Shown piece after piece: positions 53,801 through 62,800 of a DNA stretch of 64,000 nt; position 1 is the stretch's first letter; every line of letters starts with the position of its first letter. Source of the DNA: Candidatus Multivoradales bacterium (GTDB lineage: Bacteria; Acidobacteriota; Thermoanaerobaculia; Multivoradales; J023). The stretch is taken from NCBI GenBank assembly GCA_965248925.1, contig CBDFLE010000005.1, positions 1,504,001-1,568,000 on the forward strand, read 5' to 3'. The translations under genes were made by a program, and so were the position numbers. The notes under the pieces were generated by a model that worked only from the letters and a program-made list of their open reading frames with translations, was not told the DNA's origin and made no database searches.

Positions 53801-56800
53801 GAGGTCGAGCAGAAGGTCTGCACCGCGATACTGGGCCCGGTAAGACCGAGCTTGTAGGACACTTTGGTGGTCAGAGAATCGGCAGAGTTGACGATTCCAG
53901 CCTGCATTGGATCGACTGCGGCGGCGGTCTGCGGATCACTGATGATTTGATTGAGCAGGTAGGTGCTTATATTTGAGCCGCCGAAGACGCCGATCGCTCC
54001 ACCGTACTGCTGCGAATCGTAGCCAGCATTCTCCAGCGCTTCCCAAGCAGCTTCGAGAAAGAAGCGATGCTGCGGATCCATCAACTCCGCCTCCCGCGGC
54101 GAGTAGCCGAACAGCTCGGCGTCGAAGCGGTCGATGTCCTCCAGCACTGCACCGGCCTTGACGTAAGTCGGATCCCGTAACAAGGCCTCTTCGACGCCAG
54201 CGGCCCGTAGCTCTTCGTCGCTGAAGAAAGTCACCGACTCGACCCCCTGCTGCAAGTTGCGCCACAGCTCGGTCGTGTTGCGGGCTCCGGGGAAGCGTCC
54301 TGCCATGCCAATGATAGCAATGTGAGACTCAACTTCCGGCCCGGTTGCCCGCCGTCTGCGGACGGCCAGCCGGGGCTTTGCTCCGCCTGCCGCCACCGCA
54401 GCGGGAGCCAGGGCTCGGGCCAGGGTCGATGCCGTCGGCGCTTCATAGAGTAGAGTTGCCGGCACGTCGCGACCGACGACCTGCTTGAGTTCAGCGGTGA
54501 CCTGCAAACCGAGCAGAGAATTGCCGCCGAGATCGAAGAAGTTGTCGTCGACGCCAACTTGCTCGACCCCGAGCAGGCGCTGCAAGATCTCAGCGACCCG
54601 CCGCTCGAGTTCCTCGACCGACAAATCCGGGGGTGGAGTGTCGCCAGTTCTGGCCGGCGCCGCGACCACGCCGAAACCGCGCAAGAGGTTGTCCAGGGTG
54701 AACTTGCGACCGAGTTCGAAGAGGGTCGGCAGGCGCCGTGGGGTGACGACGATCCTTGCCTCCGCCTGCGCCAAAGCGCGCTCGAAAGCACGGCCCCCGC
54801 GGTCGAAATCGATCCCGAAGCGCTGCCGGCTAGCGGCAAAGAAATTGCGCATCTGCGGCGCAAAGTCGGTCAACCCTTCCTGCCATGCATCCCACTGCCA
54901 CTCATTCCAATCGATGGCGATAGTGCGCTGGCCACGGGCTGAGCGCTGCGCCGCGAAAGCATCGAGGAAAGCATTGGCGGCGCAGTAATCGACCTGTCCA
55001 GGACCACCGCCGGTGAGCGCCACCACCGAGGAGAAGAGAGCCATGAAGTCGAGCTGATGGTCAGCGAAGACCCGGTCGAGCACCCAGGAGCCCTGGATTT
55101 TCGGCGCCAGCACCTGAGCAGCCATTTCCCGGGTCTTGAGCTGCGCTAGTCCAGCGCCGGGTACCCCGGCGGCATGCACCACCCCATCGATCTTGCCGAA
55201 ATGCTCCAGCGCCTGCTCGACGGCCCGGCGCAGCTCTACTTCCACCGTGACATCGGCGACCAGCACCAGAACTTCGGCACCGAGATCTTCGAGTTCTTGC
55301 AGCCTTTCGAGGCGATCCGCCACCTGGCCCGGCCGCGTGCGGCTAACCAAGACCAACTTGGCTGCGAAGTGCCGGACCAGATGCTCAGCAAGTCCGAGAC
55401 CGAGGCCACCGAGGCCGCCGGTGATCAGATAGACCCCGCCTTGACGCAGCGGCGTCACCACCTCCTCAGGCGCTGGTAGCGGGACGAAAGTCTCCACCCA
55501 GCGCTCTCCTTGCCGGTAGGCCGCCACCGTATGCCCACCCTGCTCGGCGGTTTCCAGGGGCTCGGCCATGAGCTCGTCGAGCAAAGCTCGCAACTCACCA
55601 GACTGACTCCAGCTCGCCTCGCCGGCAGCACCATGCAGGTCGAGATCGAGGCTGCGGCAGCGCAGCAGCGGGAGTTCCAGAGGCGCCACCCGGCAAGGAC
55701 CGAGAAGGGTGGCACTTTGCGGGTGCAGTACTTCCTCGCCGGTGATCCGATGGATGCCGCTCGACACCACGGTGAGTTCGATCTCAGTCGCATCGCGGAG
55801 TTCACCGAGTCCCTGAATGCACGCCAGCAGGCTATAAAAGCCATACTCCAGCTGGTCCACCAGACAATCTTCCGGGATGCTGTTCGCGACCTCTTCGACC
55901 GCCAAGCTCCACAGATGTACGATCCGCCGCGGCGCGGCGTCGAGGTCGGCTAGGAGCTGGCGGAAATCTTCCAGCTCAGCGGGGCGTAGAGTCCACGAGC
56001 GATCGTTATGGCGGACGAACTCTGCGCCCACCTCGACCACCCACACCACTTGGCCAAGCTGTTCGAGACGCGCCGCCAGGGCGGCGCCGAGGCCGCCACT
56101 GTCGACCAGCAAGAGCCACGGATCGGCTTTGTCCGACAGCGGGTCAGCAGCCAACAGAGGCAGCGGCTGAGGGCGCCACTGGGGGCTGTAGAGCCAATCG
56201 TCGAAGGCTGCCGGCGCCTCAGCCAGATAGACCTTGAGTTCAGCTGGCACGTCTGGCGCGCTCGGCCCCGCCGAGGATTCCACCCAATAAGATTGGCGTT
56301 CGAAGGGATAGGTCGGTAAGGCTAGACGACGGCGTTGTTGAGCGGCGAAGAACGCGGCGCCGTCGATGTCCACCCCGCGCAGCCAGAGTTCACCGACGGT
56401 GCGCAGCAGGCGAGCTATCTCGTCGAGCTGCTCGCCGCTGCCGGTCGTGGACTCGAAACCCAGCACGGCGAGATTGCATTCGGCCGTCGCCGACAAATCA
56501 GACCCGCCATCGAGTTGCTGTCCGACGCCGATTTCGAGCAGCAGCCGATAGCGGTCGTCCGCCTCCTGCTCAGTAGCGTCAGGGCAGTCCAGCGGCCGAC
56601 TCATCCAGCGGCGCCAATAGGCAGGGTCAGTGACCTCCTGCGCGCTAAGTCTGATGCCACTAGGCGACAGAAGAGGGATCGCTGGAGCCCCCAGACTCTC
56701 CGTCAACGACTCCCCTGGGGCAACCCCATTGGGCGTCACAGAGGCCACCTGCGCCAACTCACGAGCCCGCCGACCCACCAGATCCGCCGCGTCCCCGAGG

Positions 56801-59800
56801 CTCAGAACCCCAGCCAGGCAAGCAGCCGCCGCCTCGCCAAGACCCTGCCCCTGGAGGGCCGACGGACGGATTCCCCAGCTCAGCAATTGGCGCCCTAGGG
56901 CGAGCTGGTTGGCGAACAGCAGTGCCGCAGCCAACCAAGGTGGAGCCGATTCCAGCTCGCGGTCGGGCCCGAGTTCAAAGCCAAAACGCTCAGCACACTG
57001 GTCGACAACCTCGCGGTAGACCTTCTCTCGCCGGTAGCACTCCTCGCCCCAGAGATCCGCCCCAGCTGTCAGATCGGTGAACTGAAAGGTGACGCTGGCG
57101 GGAGCTTCGTCATGATGCCGTGAGCGTATCTGCTCAGAATCGCCTCGGCGCAAGGAGCTAACTGCCTGGCCGGCTTGGTCAGCGACCACTAGCCGGCGAT
57201 GTTCCATAGCCCGCCGGCCCAACATCAGCGTGTAGGCCACATCGGCTAGGCTGCTAGACGGATTCTCCTCAAGATACCCACACAAGTTGTCGCACACCGT
57301 GGCGAGCGCGGAATCGGTACGCGCCGAGACCAGCAACAGTTGCCACTGGCGAGCCGGCCCGGAAGGCGCCTCGGAAGGTGCCTCTTCCAGCACCACATGG
57401 ACGTTGGTGCCACCCATTCCGAGCGAGTTGACCCCAGCCCGGCGCGGCCCACTGACGCTCTCCCATTCCGTCAACTCGCTGACCACGAAGAAAGGTGAAG
57501 CCGACAAGTGGAGCTTCGGATTCGGCCGTTCAAAGTGCAGGGTCGCCGGGATCCGGCGATGGCGCAGAGCCAGCGCGGTCTTGATCAAACCGGTCACACC
57601 GGAAGCCTTGTCGAGATGGCCAAGATTGCTCTTGGCCGAGCCGATGCCGCAGAAGCCTAGTCGCTTGGTGGTCTGGCGGAAGGCCTTGGTCAAGGCAGCG
57701 AACTCGATCGGATCCCCCAGCGGCGTCGCCGTGCCGTGAGCTTCGACGTAGCTCACCGATTCCGCTTCGACCCCAGCCTCGGCAAGGGCCGCAGCCACCA
57801 CCGCGGCTTGACCGTCGACGCTGGGAGCGTGAAAACCAACTTTGAGCGAACCGTCGTTATTGATCGCCGAGCCCTTGATCACCGCGTAAATCTGGTTGCC
57901 GTCACGCCGCGCGTCACTGAGCCGCTTGAGAGCTACCACAGCGACGCCATCACCCAGCGGCGTACCCCGGGCGGCGGCGTCGAAGCTGCGGGTGTGCCCA
58001 TCGGCGGAATCGGTGCCTCCCTCTTGGTAGAGATAACCGACCCGCACCGGCACGCGGATGGCGGAACCGCCGGCCAGAACCAGATCGCTATCACCGCTCA
58101 GCAGACTCTGCCGCGCCATGTGAACCGCCACCAAAGATGTCGAGCAATGAGTTTGGACGCTGACCGCCGGCCCCCTGAGGTCGAGTTTGTAGGCGGTCCG
58201 GGTCGATAGCGAATCTTTGTCGTTGCTGATCACGGTGCTCAACACCGTCGCCATATCCGCCATCTCGGGATCGGCCAGCTGGCTCAGCCAATAGGTGCTG
58301 ATATTGGTGCCTGCGAACACCCCGATCGCGCCGCCAAACTGCTCCGGATCCTGACCCGCGTCCTCCAGGGCTTCCCAGGAACACTCCAGAAACAGCCGCT
58401 GCTGCGGATCGGTCAACCTCGCTTCACTCGGAGTGAAATCAAAGAACGAGGCATCAAAGAGGTCTACATCGTCGAGCACCGGACGCGATTTGACGTAGTT
58501 GTCTTGGGCGATCAGTTCCGGGGCTACGCCGGCAGCCAGCAACTCGGGGTCACTAAAGGTGGAGATCCCTTCCCTCCCCTCGACCAACAGCTGCCACAAC
58601 TGCTGACTGCTCCGGGCGCCGGGAAAGCGACCGGCCATGCCGACAATCGCGATGTCTTCGTGCTGATATCCACCGCGATGGACACCGTCGACATCCTGGG
58701 TCGGCGCCTCTCGTGGCTCGGAACCGCGGCTCAAGACCTGGGCCAAGGTAGCGACCGTCGGCGCTTCATAGAGGCTGACCTCGTCGATCTTCAGACCAAG
58801 GGTCGAGGCCAACTCCAGGGTCAGTTGCTGACCGATTAACGAGTTGCCTCCAAGGTCGAAGAAATTGTCGTTGCGCCCTACTCGGTCCAGCCCTAGCCCG
58901 CGGCGCCAGATCTCACTGATCTGCTGCTCCAGCTCGCTGGCCGGCGGCACATGCCGGGTGCTCAATTCCGGCCGCGGGTGAATACCGGCGGCAAGGCCCG
59001 GTGAGCTTACCGGCTCTGCAGTCAGGCCAAAGAGGTTGGCGGCGGTCGCTCGGCGGCTGTCACGCTGCACGATGGCGAAAGCTCGCGGAGAGACAATCAG
59101 CTGCGGTTCTGGCTGCCCCAAGCACCAAACCAGCGCCCGCATCCCCTGCTCGAAGTCCACCCCATAGCGTGCCCGGCAGGTCTTCAGATAGGTCTGGAAC
59201 TCGGGCCGGAAACCAGCCAATGACTGGTCCCAGAGTCCCCACTGCCACCAGCCCCAGTTGATCGAGAGGACCCGTCCGGGAAGATCAGAGTTGACCGCCA
59301 TGGCGTCGAGAAAGGCATTGGCCGCGCAGTAGTCCAGCTGGCCGATGCCACCACCGGTGACGGCGATAACCGACGAAAACAGGACTACGAAATCCAGTTC
59401 TAAGCTAGCCAGCACTTCTTCCAGCACCCGCGTACCCTGAACCTTGGCCGCCAGCGCTCGCGCCACCATCTGTCGAGTCTTGAATCGCACCAGGCCAGCA
59501 CCGGGAATCCCCGCCGCATGGAACACACCATCGATGCCACCGAAACGTTCTGTAGCCTGCTGGATCGCGCGACCCATGGCCAGCGAATCGGCAACGTCAG
59601 CCTGCAAGATCAGAACTTCGGAGCCCAACTTCTCGATCGCCAAGATCTTGCGAATCCGCTCCTCGGGGCCATCCGCGGCAGCAGCCTCTCGTTCGACAAC
59701 TTCCTGCCAAGTGTCACGTTGCGGCAATGCGGAACGCCCCAGCAGCACGATTCTGGCGGCACAGCTGCGCGCCAACTCCTCGGCCAAACCCAGGCCAACC

Positions 59801-62800
59801 CCACCGAGACCGCCGGTGATCAGATAAACACCACCCTGACGCAAACCTGCCAGCGCCGATTCTGCTGGCTCTACTGCGACCTGCTGGAATCGCTCCACCC
59901 AGCGTTCCTTGGCGCGGTAGGCAACCCTCTCTGGATGCCCGCCAGCTGCCCTGGCGGTGAGTTCCTCCACAGTCGAGTCGACCAGGAGTTGCAGCGCCGC
60001 GGCATCGTCCGGCGGTGGCTCCAGGTCGACGCTATGGCAGCTCAACCACGGCAGCTCCAGGGGAAGCACCCGGCACGGACCGGTCAGCAGCGCCTTCTCT
60101 GGCTGGCTCGCCGGGTCAGCCGGCAACCTGTGCAAGCCGCTCGAAACCACTGTCAGGTCAATATCCGCGGCATCTCGTACTCGGTCCACGGCCTGTGCCA
60201 AGAACAGCAAGCTGTAGAAGCTCAGCTCGATCTGCCTCTCGCGCGCCGCGGAATCCACGCCGCAGTGGTCGAAGTTCCACAGATGGACAATCTGCTGTGG
60301 AACCTGGTCCAGGGCAGCGAGCAACGAGCGATAGTCTTCGACTGCAGTGGGATCGATGGTCCAAACACCGTCGTCCGAGTTCGAAAACGCCGCCCCCGCC
60401 AGCACCCGATACACCCGGTGCCCGTCCCTCTCCAACCGCGCGGCGACGGCCTGGCCAAGACCTGCCCGATCGAGAAAAAACAGCCATGTACGCGCCTCGA
60501 CCTCTCCTCCGTCCGCACCTTCCGACGGACCCAGACACCACTGCGGAACCGTGAACCAATCCTCGAATTCGAGCCGCGGGTCGCTATCGTCAAACTTCTC
60601 CAAGAGCTGTGCTGCCGCGGAATCAGCGGCTCGCGGAGGACCAAACCAGAAGCTCTGGCGCTCAAAGGGGTAAGTCGGTAAGTCGACGAAAGATCGTTGC
60701 TCCCCGCGGTTGAACGCCCGCCAGTCGATTTCCACTCCGGCCAGCCACAGCTGACCGAGATTGTGCAAGAGGGCCGCTTGCGGCGCCAACTGACCGACCA
60801 CCAACGAGCAGAGAACTTGCGACTCGACACTCTGCCCAAGTTTCCGCGCCAGTCCGCTCAGCATGTCGTCCGGACCGATCTCCAACAGCAGCGCACCTTC
60901 CTCACCCGCCGCGTCACGCAGCACTGCGGTGCAGGATTCCACCGATGCCGAGCGGCTCCATAAATCGGAATTCTCCGCCTCCTCGAGATCGACCTGGCGC
61001 CCCGTCGCCAGCGACAGCAGTGGGATGCGGGGCACCAGCAACTCAATCTCAGCAGACTCCGCGAGACTCCTATCCACCAAGGCAGAGCCCACCGCCACTC
61101 GCAACAGAGCCTCTTCGAGAGTGAAAACACCGGCTAAGCAGGCGGCGACATCGAGACCCACTCCTACCCCGATCAACCGTCCTGGCTCGACCCCCCAAGC
61201 CATCCACATTCTGGCCAGTGAGTACTGAATCGAGAATTGCCTTGGCGCCGCCACCTGCGGTTTAGCAGTGGCCTTCAACCAATCAATGAGTTCTAGACCG
61301 GTGTGCGCACGCAGCAGGTCCCGACAATGATCCAGCTGGCGGCGGAAATAACCCTCGACCGAGTAGAGTTCAAGGACGGGTTCGAGCGATGCCAACTTTG
61401 AATCGGCGAACAAGAAGCTCACCGAGGGCTGGTGCGGGCTGACCGTAGAACTCAGAACGCGCTCGGCATCGCCCTCGCGGAGGGCTGCGGCGGCCTCCGC
61501 GGCGCCACGGCACAGCACCATACGTCGGCGGTCGAGAGCCTCGCGACCGAGCTGGGAAGTAAAGGCAACATCGGCAAGTTCGACTTCCGTACTCTCCAGG
61601 AAATCCGCCAGCTCAGCGCTCACCGCTGCCAGCGCGCTGCCGGTCTTTGCCGAACACAACAGCAACTGCCATAGGCGGGATTCCCCAGAGGGCGCCACGG
61701 CCGGCGGTTCCTCGAGGACCACATGGGCATTGGTACCGCCGAAACCGAAGGAGCTCACTCCGGCCAGCGCCGGCGGCGCATCTTCCCTGCCACCTAACTC
61801 CCATTCCTCAAGGCCATCGACCACCCGCAATGCCTGCCCGGCCAGCAAAGCGTTCGCGGTGTCAGGGTGAAAATGCAAGCTCGGCGGCACCCGTCGATGC
61901 TGAAAAGCGAGCACTACTTTGATCAGACCGGCGATGCCCGCCGCGGCCTCGAGATGGCCTAGATTGCTCTTTACCGAGCCGATAGCGCAGGGCTCGGCGT
62001 CCCTCCGATCCACTCCGACTACCGCTCCCAAAGCAGACAACTCGATAGAATCGCCAAGTTCGGTTCCGGTACCGTGAGTCTCAACATAATGCACCGCTGC
62101 TGGCGATACACCGGCCTGATTGTAGGCTTGGCGTAACACCTCCTCTTGAGCAAAACGATTGGGCGCCGTCAGACCATTACTGGCTCCATCCTGATTGACT
62201 GCCACGCCGCGAATCTGGGAGTAAATCCGATTGCCATCGGCGAGCGCACTACTTAGGGGCTTGAGCAGAACCAGGCCAACGCCCTCACTGCGAACGTAGC
62301 CATCGGCAGCCGCGGCGAACACCTTGCACCGGCCGTCGGCAGCCATCAATCCCGCTTTGCTAAAGACCATCGTCGTCTCTGGCAACAGGATCAGGTTGAC
62401 CCCTCCTGCCAGCGCCAGAGTCGACTCTCCGGAACGCAGGCTCTGGCAAGCCGCGTGAACCGCCACTAAAGACGATGAACACGCGGTGTCGAGAGCCAGG
62501 CTCGGCCCTTGAAAGTCAAACGAGTAAGAGATCCGGTTGGCAGCGATCGAGCCGGCGTTACCGGTCCCGACGTAGGCGTCAATCTGCGCTCGGTCGCGAA
62601 TCTGCAGCTGGCCGTAGTCGCTCGTCGCCAGGCCGACAAAGACCCCCGTTTTGGAACCGCGCAGCCGCCCCGGCGCCAACGCAGCATGCTCGAAAGTCTG
62701 CCAAGCGACCTCGAGCAACAACCGCTGCTGTGGATCCATGCGTTCGGCTTCGCGCGGCGAGATGCCGAAGAAGCGCGCGTCGAATAGATCCACGCGGTCG

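Noticed and set aside
56330-61420. PKS as a pseudogene because of its dead ATs
   Set aside because: The 18.5-kb frame is uninterrupted and the KS, KR and ACP active sites are intact.
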